From positions 23,500,001 to 23,564,000 of the forward strand of contig NC_087436.1 in NCBI RefSeq assembly GCF_036321535.1: a DNA stretch of 64,000 nt, given 5' to 3'. Below are positions 1 through 12,270 of this stretch, one piece after another (position 1 is the first letter of the stretch; every line of letters starts with the position of its first letter). The position numbers and the translations under genes were made by a program. The notes below the pieces were generated by a model that ran no database searches, had not been told where the DNA came from, and worked only from the letters and a program-made list of their open reading frames with translations. The DNA comes from Camelus dromedarius (taxonomy: Eukaryota).

Positions 1-500
1 CTCAGTATGAATTTGTCCTTGGTGTTTACAGAGCCTCAGCCAGGACCACTACCCAGGGGTTTACAGTGTGCTTGATCCACTGACTTGAATCCCGAACAAC
101 ACAGCATCCAACACGGACCCACTTCACAGTGAAGGAGAGAAGGGAGTAAACCCATGGGATCTGCCGCTGTATCACATACCACACCTTCCAAAATCTGCCA
201 GGCTCAGAATTCTGGAACCATCTCCTAAAAACACTGCTGAAATCCTCTGCAAGGGCAGGACACCCTTCTTTAGGACGTGGGATGTGCGTGAAGTAAGGGG
301 TCCCTTTACGGTGCTGTGTCCCCGGGAGGGAAAATTAAAGGGTCTGGGAATCAAGAGATGGGAGCAGCAGTGACCCCACTTAACATCATCCCCCATGACT
401 TACTGGTTCAATTGGTGATCCTGTCCCCGCTGCTCTGAGTTCTGCAGGTTCAGCGTCCTAGTCCTCAATGGGTCACACACTTGCAAGGGGAGATAGCAAG
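1..500 (+). mobile_element. ERVL-class (class III ERV) internal fragment: decayed integrase core/C-terminus into the start of dUTPase
   Basis: nt 6-80 translate YEFVLGVYRASARTTTQGFTVCLIH*, resembling ERVL integrase YGFAFPARNASAKTTIRGLTECLIH. nt 300-500 follow the ERVL IN-dUTPase junction. Homologous to 63240-63700 in this window. Confidence 0.8.
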
Positions 501-507
501 GCATATT

Positions 508-1585
508 CTGTGTGTTTATGGGGTGTGTGTGAGGTTACTCATGTGTGTGGTAGTGTGCGTGTTATGGACATATAAGAAGTTTCAGCCTGTGTGTTGTGTG
601 CACGTTGTGTGTGATCAGGGGTATGGTATGTGGCATGTGTATTTCTGTGCTGTGTGTGCATGGTGAGGCTGTGTATGCATGTGGAGTGGAGGTGTTGGTG
701 TGTGTGTATGTATGTATGTGCTGTGGGTGGGTTATATGTGTGTGTACACATGTATGGTGGTGTCAGTGTGAGTGGTGGTAGGTGGACTGGGTGATGCATA
801 TTTGTTCATGTTTGTATATGAATATGTGTGTGATGTATGTGGGCATGGGAGGATTTCTGTGCATATGTGAGGTGTATATGTAAGGCATGTGTGCATGGTG
901 TGTGTGTGTAGTGTGAGTATCTGTAGTGTGTAGAAATGTGTTTTCATATGTATGATGTGAGTACCTCTGCATTTTGTGTGGGGTGTTTGTATGGTGCGTG
1001 TGTGTGTACAAGTGTGTACTGTGAGGGTTGTGTATTTGTGTGATATTGCAGTGTAGATGTGTAACTGTGTGGTATGTATTTACGTGGCATGTGTGTCTAC
1101 ATGGATGTCATACGTATGGAAATGTGGGGGGACACAGGTATGTACATGGGGGTGTGATGCGGGAGTGGATGACTCATGTCCATGTGTGGTGTCTGTATAT
1201 AGTGTGTGGTAGATGTGCATGAGGCTGGTGTGGGGTTGATGTGTCTGTGTGCTGCATGTGGCATATGTGTGTGTGGTACGTGTAGTGTGGTGTGTGCATC
1301 GTGCATTTGGTATATAAACATGTGTGATGTGTGACACATATGGCATGTGTAAATTTGTGTGATATGTGTGTATGTGTCTGTGGTCTGTGGCAGGTGTGAG
1401 TGATGTGTGTACATGTGTGTGGTATATGTAGAGGGTATGTGTTTTAGGTGTGTGGACTGTGTGGTATGCATGTGGATATACACGCGTGGTGCATGTGACG
1501 TGTGCACACGTGATGCACGGTGTGTGTGTATATGTATGGTCTGGGTGTGGCATGCGGACGCGTGCTGTGGGGGAGGGTGTGATCA
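508..1585. repeat. ~1.1-kb degenerate (TG)-rich low-complexity tract
   Basis: Continuous imperfect TG/TGTA/TGG repeats with strong G+T skew on the + strand; the source of the His/Thr-rich and Cys/Val-rich ORFs. Confidence 0.95.
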
Positions 1586-2179
1586 TCTAGCTGGGCAGCA
1601 AGCCCTTTGGGAAACCAGCTAGTGTCTCCTCTCACTCCCAGGCACCTATTCACTAAGCAAGCTCTCAAGAGCATGGTTGGCCGACGAGAGTCCATTTCCC
1701 AAGTCGCTGGAGGGCTATGTGACTCCCACAGTTGTCCTTGACAACCATCTCTCGCACACTTCCCACCGCCCAGCCCAGTGCTGGGCTGGGAACTAACCAA
1801 CCGTGAGATTGGCGGTCCTGCCCGTGCGCTCCAACCGCCCGCACGCACGGGAGGGGGGGTGCACAACCGCACACACCAGCCCATCTGGGCTCCGCGCCGC
1901 ACTGCGCCCTTAACGAGCAGGCTGGCTCATTAGAGGGAGATGTGCAGTCTGTAACTCCACGTCACATCACCTCTTGGCTCGGGTTGTCTGTGCAGACACC
2001 AGGTCTCATCCATCCAATACTGCACGTGGCTTGTTAAGAGGACAGAGTTAGGGAGAGGCGACAGCAGGGCTCTCGGGCTAGATGCCACCATCCCACCCCT
2101 CCCTCTTTTTCTTGTTCAGCCTTTTACAATGTCCTCTCTTGGTTTAGCTGTGTCCTGCCCACCCAGTTAAAACTGGACC

Positions 2180-2380
2180 TGTAGTAACAACCATTTATCA
2201 AGTACCTACTCAGCGCCAGGTACCATCATACATGATCTCCCATCCTTATAAGAATCCCGCAAGGTCAGTGTTCTCATTCCACGGAACCACAAAGGAAATG
2301 GAGTGTAGGGGCTTAAGGGGCTTGCCTGCATGGAGTAGCGTGGCTGGAAAGCCAGGTCTCTCTGGCCCTTCCCACTGTAT
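2180..2380 (-). mobile_element. MIR SINE (diverged)
   Basis: catttatcaagtacctactcagcgccagg...gcttaaggggcttgcctg resembles antisense MIR. Confidence 0.6.
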
Positions 2381-2919
2381 TGCTTATCTGTGGGGCTACC
2401 ACATGGTAGTGTCAGCATCCTCTGAGGCCACTGGAAAGGAGAAGATGGCTTTTCCCTACCTAACCTTTGTTTCCAGGGAAATACTGCATTCGCATCTAAA
2501 TTTTTTCAGAAATTTGAAAAAACCCTATTTTCATATTATTTCTCTTGGCATCCCCCATCAGCCAAAAGACAAAAATTAAAATCTAGAGACACCCATAAGT
2601 GTCCCAGTTTTTCACGACCCCTACTGACAATGCAGTGACCAAGGGCCCTTTTCCTGCTGGCTCTGTCCTCAGTCTGTCTTCAAGGGACAGGCCCCTGGCC
2701 CATTGCTGATCTGCTGTGGCAGTAAACCCAGCTCCGCATCCAATTAGCACACTGTTTATTTCAGTTCAGCCACCTGGGATCTTCAAAGACCTGTTTGTGA
2801 TGGAGGTGCGCTGTGCCACAATTTTCCTCCCATCATCTAAATTGGCTCTTCTCTCCTTTGGCTGCTTCAGAAAAACCTGTTCCTGATTGCAAGGATGTGT
2901 CTGTTGCCCAGAGGCAGAA

Positions 2920-3122
2920 GAAATATAACATAGTGGGTATGAACACAACTTTGGAGTTAGACCTCAGAGATTCAAATCCTGTTTATACCACATACAAACT
3001 TTGAAATGTAGTAATTCGCTTCAATCCTCTAAACCTCAGTTTTCTCATCTGTGGTGTGAGGAGACTAACATGTGCAAAGCTTTAAGCACCCAGGAAAAGT
3101 TCAGGATGTTAACTATTATCAT
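2920..3122 (+). mobile_element. MIR SINE
   Basis: ctttggagttagacc...ttcaaatcctg...cctcagttttctcatctgt MIR core. Confidence 0.8.
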
Positions 3123-5070
3123 TGGAGTTTGCAGTTGGAATGCATAGGAAGCTGTGCTAAATTTGCATGATTTTATTTTTACAGTAAGCCATTAATGATG
3201 CATCTATTTAGTTTTCTGCTCTGAAAGAGCATAGATTTGATTAATTATAATAAGCATTTAAAATATATCCATTATTCAGAAATAACCTACAGAGAGTCCA
3301 AGTTTGTCCCTTCCTCAATCTTCCCTTCTTTCCCAGTCTTTTCTTTTTTTAAGAGAGAGAGAAATAGCAATTATGTCATCAGATTCACTGGCTCTTCCTC
3401 TCCCTGGTAACAGACTAAGGCTTTAACCCTGATTAAGCAGCATCATGTCTGATCCAAGTTCTTTCCACCTTCAGTGCGGCCCCTGCTTCCGGGGCTCAGC
3501 CCTGCACTAGACTGTCCACCTCCTCCTTAGCATCAGGACACTGCCAAGGCCAAGCACCCAAAATTGTTTCTTTGAAACACTTGTCTACCTACATGGAGTT
3601 GGACCGTTTTATCTATTCTGCAGGACAGTTCTGCCCCTCAGAAAATGCTTGAGCGTGTTACATTGTTTTTGAAATGCATTTCAGAAGCAGGGTCCTGAAT
3701 CCAGACCATTACTCTCAATGTGTTTCCCAGCCAGATCGCACTGGCATTCTCTCGTGGCCCTGAAATGCTTTCCACTTACCTGTCTGAGGCATGCAAGGCA
3801 AGAACAGTCTCCTGACACAACAAATTCAGAGAAATAGATGGGTTTGGGGCACGTCCTGTGACTCAAAGCAAACCTATTTCTAGATTGTGAAGTATGAAAA
3901 GAGAGAGAGATCAGGTTGACACTGAGGAAAATTGAACATTGATAAATGAATCCCTTTCACTCAGTCTCTCAGATTCTCTCTCTCTTGCACACACAAACAC
4001 ACACATGCACACGCATCTTTAAAGGGTACCTGTTTACTGCACATCATCCTTATGTTCATCTCAATTCAAACATAGATGCACTGATGGCATTAGGAGTCAG
4101 TCATTCTCACTGACTGAAGTATTAAAATTGGACAATGGACTTCCACTTTGGGGTCCAGACCTACTCACTAATAGAGTGACCTCCTTGTTATGGATGAAGA
4201 CATATTTGACACAAAATTTGTCACAAATTTTAACAGCATTCAATCTTGAGACTGTGAGTTACTGCATCCTACGTGTGTTGGTACCTTACTTTGATTAAAA
4301 TGGGATAAATCAATGAAAGAGTCATTTCACCCAGGGCTATGTTCCTTTTACACGAAGATCATATATGCACTAATTGGACAAAATATAAATCTTGTTTCTT
4401 TCCACATTCAATTTTAGATCCTGACCTGTTTTGTGTTGAGAAATCACAGGGAGCCCAAGTCATGTCATCAGGTTGGCTTGATTCGCAGGTGATTTCCTTA
4501 AATCATAGAGTGATATTAAACGCAATTCCAAAATAAGGCATGTAAAGTTCAAAGGAACATTTATCAAAAAGCCTATAGTGTTACAGAAAAGACAAGGGGG
4601 AACCTTGACTCCATTTGCTTTCCTGTGTCGTAAAAACTTTGAGGACAGGAGGAAAATATAACTCCCACTGGCAACACCTGTCACGTCCTTCCTGGGAGAG
4701 AGGGTACGGAAGAACTTATATCATTTTGATCAGTTGAACAGCTGGCTTCTCCTTGCCGTAGGATTCATTGATCTGGTCTCTAATTTCTATCACGTTTAGA
4801 AACTTTGACCTTGAATAAAGTGGGTAAGACCCCATTTATATTTTTCCTGTTAAATATTTATTTTGAAGATTTTAAGAAAAGTGTGCTGGCATAGTTTTCA
4901 TTCCAAGATGCCCATTCTCTAAATTTAAAAATAAAGCAGGCATACTCACAGAGAAAGGAAATATACAAGCTTGTTTGCTGAACACTGGGTGCAGTCTCGA
5001 CAGGCATGAACAGAAGCCAACTTCTTCCACCCTTAGCTTTTTGTCTCCCCAAAACACAGGTGCCCACAAA

Positions 5071-5193
5071 TAGGATTAACAGATAAAATATAAGATGCCC
5101 AGTTAAATGTGAACTTCAGATAAACAACAAATAATTTTTAGTATAAATTTCTTCCAAGTACTGCATATACCTTTGCTAAAGCTGGCCACCCTA
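5071..5193. mobile_element. MER53-like hAT MITE (internally deleted)
   Basis: taggattaacagataaaatataagatgcccagttaaatgtgaacttcagataaacaac...ctggccacccta matches MER53 termini. Confidence 0.8.
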
Positions 5194-5299
5194 GTCCAAA
5201 AGCCTTTAAGCAAATGCTCCACAGCTGTCCTGGGGAGTCAGCGCTAAAGAGGCTGATAATCCCACAGAATCAAGAGCAGGGAGGTACCTACATGTCACT

Positions 5300-5380
5300 A
5301 AATCAACCTTTCATTTTACAGTTGAGCAAACAGAGGTCAAAGAGGTAAAAAGCACTTTCTGAGAACACATAGCTACTTGC
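5300..5380 (-). mobile_element. MIR fragment
   Basis: cattttacagttgagcaaacagaggtcaaagaggtaaa core. Confidence 0.55.
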
Positions 5381-6988
5381 TCCTGTCTCCCAGGGCAGTG
5401 CTGCACCCTCTAAGAAGCCTGCCTCCTTCCACTGTTCCTTGAGGAGTTGGATTCTGACTTTGGAATTAGCGCATGGGCACGTACACCACGTTTCTCTGCG
5501 CCTTCCTCTGTCTACTAAAGCAATAAGAACACAGTACAAGTACATTCTGTCACCTCCCAGAGAAGGGAAATAGGACTGGCTAACATCATTACAGAGAACA
5601 AAGCACAGATTAGCATCTCAATAAATTATCCTGCCACCTAGGCTTCACATGTCAGGCTTTCTTAAGGTGGGGGCACACTCACGTTAGTAACTTGTGATTA
5701 CTGTGGTTGGTTACAGAGTCTTTCCCCTGGAGACCTTTCCGAATCAGATAGAAAACCATTTGTCTTTGTTAGCCAAGTTGCAGCCCTACCTAGAGACCCG
5801 CAGGAGGATGGATTTAAATGACTTCCCCAGAACTCTTCTGAACCTTGGAATCTATGAAAATTTAAACAACTAATATTATAATGTTCAAATCTAAGACTAG
5901 AATAAATGCAAAAGTAGCTCGGTATTATTATAGAGCTTCAGTGTTGCTCAGGGCTTTGCAAAATCAGGGAAAATCCCTCTAAAGGCCATGGGAATGCCCT
6001 GCTTGCTTTCTTGAAACATCTCAAGGAGGGTGGGCAGAGTGCATTGGCGGTTGATGATTAAGGATGCTATTTTTATGCATATAGGACACTCAGTTTCCTT
6101 ACAGTTTAGAAAGGATGCATTCCAGAGAGCGCCTAAAATAGGAAAATGCATAGTTCACCTATAAACTGGGATAACAGAGGTCAGAGAACAAGATGCCCAG
6201 AGACCCCAGTTTCCCAGGGGTTCTCTGGTGGCTCAGGGGACTTCATTTCCAACTCTCTCAGTTCCTAGTTCTTCTTTCTCTAAGTAAGCTGATTAGGGGA
6301 GCAGAGAGAATGTTTAAACAAAACTCCCCATGTTCCATTCCCTGTGTCTCCAGTGGTCCCAAACTGGAGATACTGGGAAGGCTACCCGCTTCCCAGCCCT
6401 GGTTAGCTGGATGAGGGATTTGCAAGGTAGAGACAAGTTCTCTGGGACCCAAGTGATGAAGACTGGGGCTAGAAAGCAGGAAATACAGCACTGCCTGTGG
6501 AAACTTCCCACATAACCCAAATAACCAAAAGTTTAAGCCATGAATATTATAGTTGGAATTGTTTCGCATATTTGGGGCCTACCTAGTCTAACCTGCTCAC
6601 TTAACCAGTGAAGAAACCAGGGTCTCATGCCAGAAATATTTTTTCAGCTTCCCTATTAGGAGAGACCCCTTCTTCCCCAAACCCATGGGAGGAGACTCAA
6701 TGGCATAAAACCCCTGGCCTTACCCTCACTCTGTACTTTGCCCCAGGGAAGAAAGAGCCACTCAGTATAGAGATCGGTCCACCCAGCCTCTTCCTCCTCT
6801 GTCTTTCTTGGGTACAGTTTGTCTACTGGTAGCATGCTCCGCTTGCGTCCTTCAGGGAAGGCGCTCACCTTGTAGGGAGGGGACATGATGGTCTGATCAC
6901 GTACAGGGCTTTTCAGTAAGTTTCCTTAAATCTAGTGTTCAGTATTTGGATGACCATTTGTCTTCCAAAACATATATGCCACATTCTT

Positions 6989-7556
6989 ATTTTTTAAATT
7001 GAAGTATAGTTGATTTGCAATGTTGTGTTAGTTTCACATATACAGCAAACTGATTCAGATACACACACACACACACACACACAAATATATATTTTCTTTT
7101 TTGGATTCTTTTCCATTATAGGTATTACAAGATATTGACTATAGTTCCCTGTACTATACTGTAGGTCCTTGTTATTTATTTATTTCATATATAATAGTGT
7201 GTATATTTAATCCCAAACTCCTAATTTATCCCTCTCTACCCTCCTTTCCCCTTTGAAAACCATAAGTTTGTTTTCTATGGCCATGAGTCTATTTCTGTTT
7301 TGTAAATAAGTTCATTTGTGTCATTTTTTTAGATTCCACAATTAGTAATATCATATGGTATTTGTTTTTCTCTAACTTACTTCACTTAGTTTGATAATTT
7401 CCAGGTCCATCCATATTGCTGCAAATGGCATCATATCATTCTTTTTTATGGCTGAGCAGTATTCCATTTTATATATATACCTATGTCACATCTTTATCCA
7501 TTCTGTCTGTCAGTGGACATTTAGTTAGCTTCTATGGCTTGGCTATTGTAAATAGT
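6989..7556 (-). mobile_element. 5'-truncated L1 3' end (cetartiodactyl type) with internal (CA)n
   Basis: ttttttaaattgaagtatagttgatttgcaatgttgtgttag 3'UTR signature; flanking direct repeat CCACATTCTT at 6979 and 7561 (TSD). Confidence 0.9.
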
Positions 7557-7967
7557 TACACCACATTCTTGAATATCAGCTTTGTAGTAATACAGGAGAA
7601 AGTTTGGTCTCCATCTGCCTTAGTCTTTTGCCTTATTTCTCAATTGGTTCTGAACTCCAGCAGATGTATCAGGATCCCTCAAATCCCACATTCACACCAG
7701 AGGTTCTCAAACATTCTCAGGTTACAAACCATTTTCAAAATCTCATCGGCTCTCTTCCCAGAAAAATGGGTTCCCTGAAGCCCGTATGTGGGCTTAAACA
7801 CCAGTTCAAACACCCCTGATTCATTTTCATGATGAGTTATAAAAGCTGATACGTAGAGCAAGTCAGAAAGATTTAATAAGCTCTTTCTAGGAGTTTATAA
7901 AAGCATTGACATTTGACAAACATGTGCCAAACCAATATTCAGATATTCTAGGCCCACATCAAGTTTG

Positions 7968-8100
7968 ACTTACTCCATTAATTAAGCAATTACTGAGGAA
8001 CTCTTAAGTAGCTGGCTCTCAGTTACACACTAAGCAGAGACACAAAGAAGGACAAGATAATATTCTTAACTTCAAAAAACTCAAAGTCTAATGGGAAAAG
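7968..8100 (-). mobile_element. L2 3' fragment
   Basis: Degenerate match to the antisense L2 3' end (ccattaattaagcaattactgag...aactcaaagtctaatgggaa). Confidence 0.5.
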
Positions 8101-8229
8101 CACAGTGGTAAGTAAAATTTCACAATAAAATATACTTTCCATTAGGTGTGGCCTTTGTCATCCAGCTCTTACCAAGGGAGTGAAATTGGATCTGGTATGT
8201 GCAACCATCAGTTCGTGTCCCTAAAGGAA

Positions 8230-8772
8230 GTAACAATACCTCCCCTTCCATTTTCTCCCTTTCGTTGGAAAGCTGGCATGTGGCTGTGGTGGTGAAAGCT
8301 GGAGCATCCTTCATGGACCTCAAGATAGAAGCTATAGATTGAGGGTGGAAGGGCAAGGAGATATAAGAAGCCTGGGTGAAATTAGGAGTTTGAGATTAGT
8401 AGATACAAACTACTATATATAAAGTAGATAAACAGCAAGGTCCTACTGTACCACACAGGGAACCATATTCAATAGTTTGTAATAACCTATAATGAAAAAG
8501 AATATGAAAATTAAAATACATATATATATATATGACTGAATCACTATGCTGTACACCAGCAATTAACACAACATTGCAAGTCAACAGGACTTCAATTAAA
8601 AAAAAAAAGAAGTCTGGGTTGTTGACACTGTTGAGCTAACACACTAGCCTGGGAATGCTTACCTGGGTTGTTCTGTGAGAGGGAAATAGATTTTATCTCC
8701 TTGAAGCACTGTATTTTTAATAGGACACTTTGTAACAGCAGCGAAACTAGCATCCAAAGTTTGAGCTAATAC
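8230..8772 (+). mobile_element. LTR33/LTR16-like ERVL LTR interrupted by an L1 3' end
   Basis: gctggagcatcc...aagaagcctgggt...gagagggaaatagattttatctccttgaagcactg...gtaacagcagc typical of the LTR33-type 3' half. Confidence 0.65.
8378..8606 (+). mobile_element. 5'-truncated L1 3' end with poly(A)
   Basis: L1 3'UTR ending acttcaattaaaaaaaaaaa; 13-bp TSD AAGAAGCCTGGGT (8365) / AAGAAGTCTGGGT (8607). Confidence 0.9.
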
Positions 8773-9009
8773 AATGTGCAGAGGTATGGACTCACTGGAG
8801 AATGGTCCATTCGTTGTGATGAGCCCGGTGGCAGCAGGAATTTTTATTCTTGTGTTATAGACATGAAACCAAGGCAAATCAATTACCAAACAAGTAAGCC
8901 AAAAGAATAGTACCAGAGCTAGAATTTTCCTCTTATGTTTCCAAGTCTGGTACTTGCTTCATTTAGAATGTCCTGTATACAAGGCTAGTCCTTAAAGCCA
9001 ATCCTTCCA

Positions 9010-9740
9010 AGAAATTCCAAGCAGTTGATCAGTGGCTGCCATGTGCCCATCACTTTGTTGAGCACTGGGGCTGAAATAGCAAGAAAACAAAGCTCCTGCT
9101 TTCATGGCCCATATAGTTGGTAGTAGAAGTTACTTAATCACAAAAATGAATTTGTGATTATGTACTCATACTAGCTTGCTTAAAGGAAGGAACCTGGACT
9201 TAAGACAACATATCAGAAAAAAAATCTGACCTAAGTAAGGGTCCCTGGGAAGATTTCTCTAAGGACATGTGCTTGAACTACACTCTGAAAGAATAAAGGA
9301 TTTAACCAAGTGGAGAATGGGAGAGACAGAATGTTCCAGGTGGAAGCAACAACATGTGCAAAGGCCTTGTGGTGAGAGAAAGCATGGCAGGTGTGAAGAA
9401 CGGGATGAAGGCCTGGCTGAAGTGCAGGGAGAGGGGAGAGAATGATGCATGATAAGACAGAAAGATAGGTGGAACCAAACGACAAAGGGTCCTGAGGACC
9501 ACATAAAGGTCTTGGTCTTCAACCTCAGAGTACTTCATACCCAAGGAGGGATTTAAGCAGAGAATGGGGAGAAAGAGGAGGGTGACATGACCATAAATGC
9601 AAACTGAACATTGACTCTGTCTATTGTGATGAATAGATGGGGTGGGAGTGCAGAGTGAATGCAGGGAAATTATTGCAGTTGCCTGGGTAAGAAATGAGGA
9701 CCATTAAGACCAGGGTTATGTCAGGGTGTGGAAATGGTTG
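9010..9740 (-). mobile_element. L2 LINE 3' portion
   Basis: gttccaggtggaagcaacaacatgtgcaaaggccttgtggtgagagaaagcatggc and the purine-rich flanks typical of antisense L2. Confidence 0.85.
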
Positions 9741-11050
9741 TTAGCTAGCAGTTAATTTCCTGGTATAAGAGAGAATCATATCCTTAGCTAACTGGATGTA
9801 GTTCACATAGATATCTCAAAAGAGGCAAAAATGAAACCACAAAATTATGCAAATGGTGTGAATTGTGAGTGTGCCAAAATTCCAGAATCCACTGTAGCAA
9901 ACACTTGTTTTTCTAGAAGTTTTGTCACCTTTGACAAAATTTAAAGTTTAGTTTTAAATTTTTGTATTTGTTTTACCTTCTTCCTCTCCTTAGAGAGCAA
10001 ACAGATCTCTAATCATTAAGTTATATCCAGGATAATAATTTGAACTTCTCCCTAGAAATAAGCATGCATCCTCTGTGGATATTTTTTAAGTGACTAATAC
10101 AGAAATCAATGGCAATCGCATCCTCTGGATATGTCTCTACTATTTTGTGTTGTTTCAGGCTCTGTTTGTTTTTATGCTGCTTTTCTACTAAAATGGGAAA
10201 ATAATAATCTCTTTGTCTAAAAATATCTCTTTGTAAATATTCTTCCAAAGCTCATAAGCTACTTGAGTGAAATGATTTCCCTCCCTTTCCCACCAAAAGC
10301 ACAAAGATAAGTTATTCCTTGATGAAATTATTGACTGTACATCCCACATGATTCCCTTCAATAGCAAGTAAATATTCCGTCAATAACAATGGATGTGGAA
10401 TGGAATAAAAATGGAGCAGTGTGGAGAATACGAAAATTCTTAGATTTAATAAAAGATTTCCGAGGGTATCCAAAGAGGTTGGGCTTACATGAAAGGAACT
10501 TGGTGACTGACAGCAGCCTCCTCCCCCAAGTGGGAGGGGCTTGCAGCCTAGGTGGGGTGTGGCCTCCACCGGAAGGTGCCAGGGGCAGCAAACCCTGCTA
10601 GGCCCAAAAGTCACAGACTGGAGTCAGTGTTGAGCTCTGTCTCTTTAAGCTCCCAGAAGTGAAATCCCACTCTGAGAAATGCAAACTCTTGGTTGCCTTT
10701 CCAAATCTCACTAATTTAGACTAGAGGGAATAACGATACATTAAAAAAAAAAAAAAAACTCCAAAGAGGCTGAATTTTTTTTGAGATTTCTTACCTTTTA
10801 TTTTAAAAATTTAACCATAAACCAGGTACAGTACAAAATTTACTAACTTATAAACAACAGTTGGAATAAATTAAGTTTACTCGCTCTCAAAGAGCCTGAA
10901 TTTTAGACTAATCTTCAAGAAATTTTTCAAAGTCACTTTCAAAAATACAGAAACTCCACTTAAGATTGTAAAAGTTGTCCTTAAAAAAATTTCTAACTAG
11001 GAGGGAGAATAATATTAGCATTTGTGCTGTTGGTATATGCACGAGAACTC

Positions 11051-11162
11051 TATGCTGACCAACCATCCTGGTTTGTCAGGGACCCAGGGTAATTCCTGGA
11101 CAGAACTTTTTGTTTTAAAACTGGGACAGGTAGGAGAAAACTGAGATAAGTTGGACACCCTC
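11051..11162. mobile_element. MER94-like hAT MITE
   Basis: tgaccaaccatcctggtttg...aaaactgggacag...gttggacaccct termini. Confidence 0.7.
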
Positions 11163-11204
11163 CCTAATATAGAGGGCTTGTTTATCTTCTGAAAAAATTT
11201 ACGC

Positions 11205-12270
11205 ACCCATCAATCAATAAGTCTTTATTGAGTACTTATATCTGCTCAGTACTTTGGTAGGCACTGAGACAGAACAAGTCGTAAGGTCCATCCTTGCCTG
11301 AAACTCTGTGGCTCCTTCACTGTTTCCCAGGAGTTTATAATCTAATTTCCCTAAAATACTCAATGACTGTTTGCTAAACATTATTTGTCCGGCACTGTGG
11401 TTGGCACTTGAGATGCAAAGATGAATGAGAAATAAAGTCTGGCTTTAAGGAACTTAATCTTTTTCAGGGAAAACAGACCCAGTAAGATACAAAACAACTT
11501 GGTAAGGGCTATTACAGGGCTTGGATGAAGCCTGGAGCATGAGCTCCATAGCAGGACACAGCTAACTGTGGCTGCAGCCCTGAGCAGGCACAACCATGAC
11601 ACCAGACAGTAGGCAGTATGTTTCATGCAAGCGGTGGTCTGGACTCCAGCTAATAAGCATTGTATTAGTTCAAAGGAGAGAAAAGGTCATCACCCCTATG
11701 TGTCCAGATGAAGAGCTTATTGGAAAGATAGGATTTAAGGTAGACTTGGGTCAAATTTTAATATGTACTTATATGTATTGTAATTATACATTGTACATTG
11801 TAATATGTACAACTGTAATATGTACTCATATGCATATACATATGAATAAATATAAAAGAAGCTCTTGCATGGACCAGTCATAATAGTGTGATATGAACCA
11901 GAGATTATGACTTATCCAGTTCTGTGCACCTGAGGTGCTGAAACTAACCAACAGCCAACAGCAGTAGATTGAGAGGCAGAGATGATGTAGAGAAAATTCT
12001 AGGTAAGTGTAATGGTATCACCAAAAGTTTAGACTAGAGGAAAGAAAGATTAACACCCTTTGGTGGTAAGTGGATTGGATTTAACAAAAGAGGAGAGTTT
12101 CATGTAGAAGATAGCAATTAAGAAAAATAGGTTAAGGTCAGATGGTGAAGGATCCTGAATTGCTGAGAAGTTTGGAATTCCTTCTGACACAGCTGGAGAG
12201 CCATTGAAGACTTTTGAAAAGGGAAGTGTTAGGGTGAAAGTTATATTTTAAGAATCTTAATCTGGCAAAA
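11205..12270 (-). mobile_element. Cluster of L2 fragments (two 3' ends plus internal pieces)
   Basis: catcaatcaataagtctttattgagtactt; cggcactgtggttggcacttgagatgcaaagatgaat; ggagagccattgaagacttttgaaaagggaagtg. Confidence 0.6.

Noticed and set aside
481..1622. Numerous His/Thr-rich and Cys/Val-rich ORFs up to 168 aa
   Set aside because: They are read-throughs of the TG/CA low-complexity tract, which lacks stop codons
10560..10585. CTCF-like CCACCGGAAGGTGC
   Set aside because: Three mismatches at informative core positions
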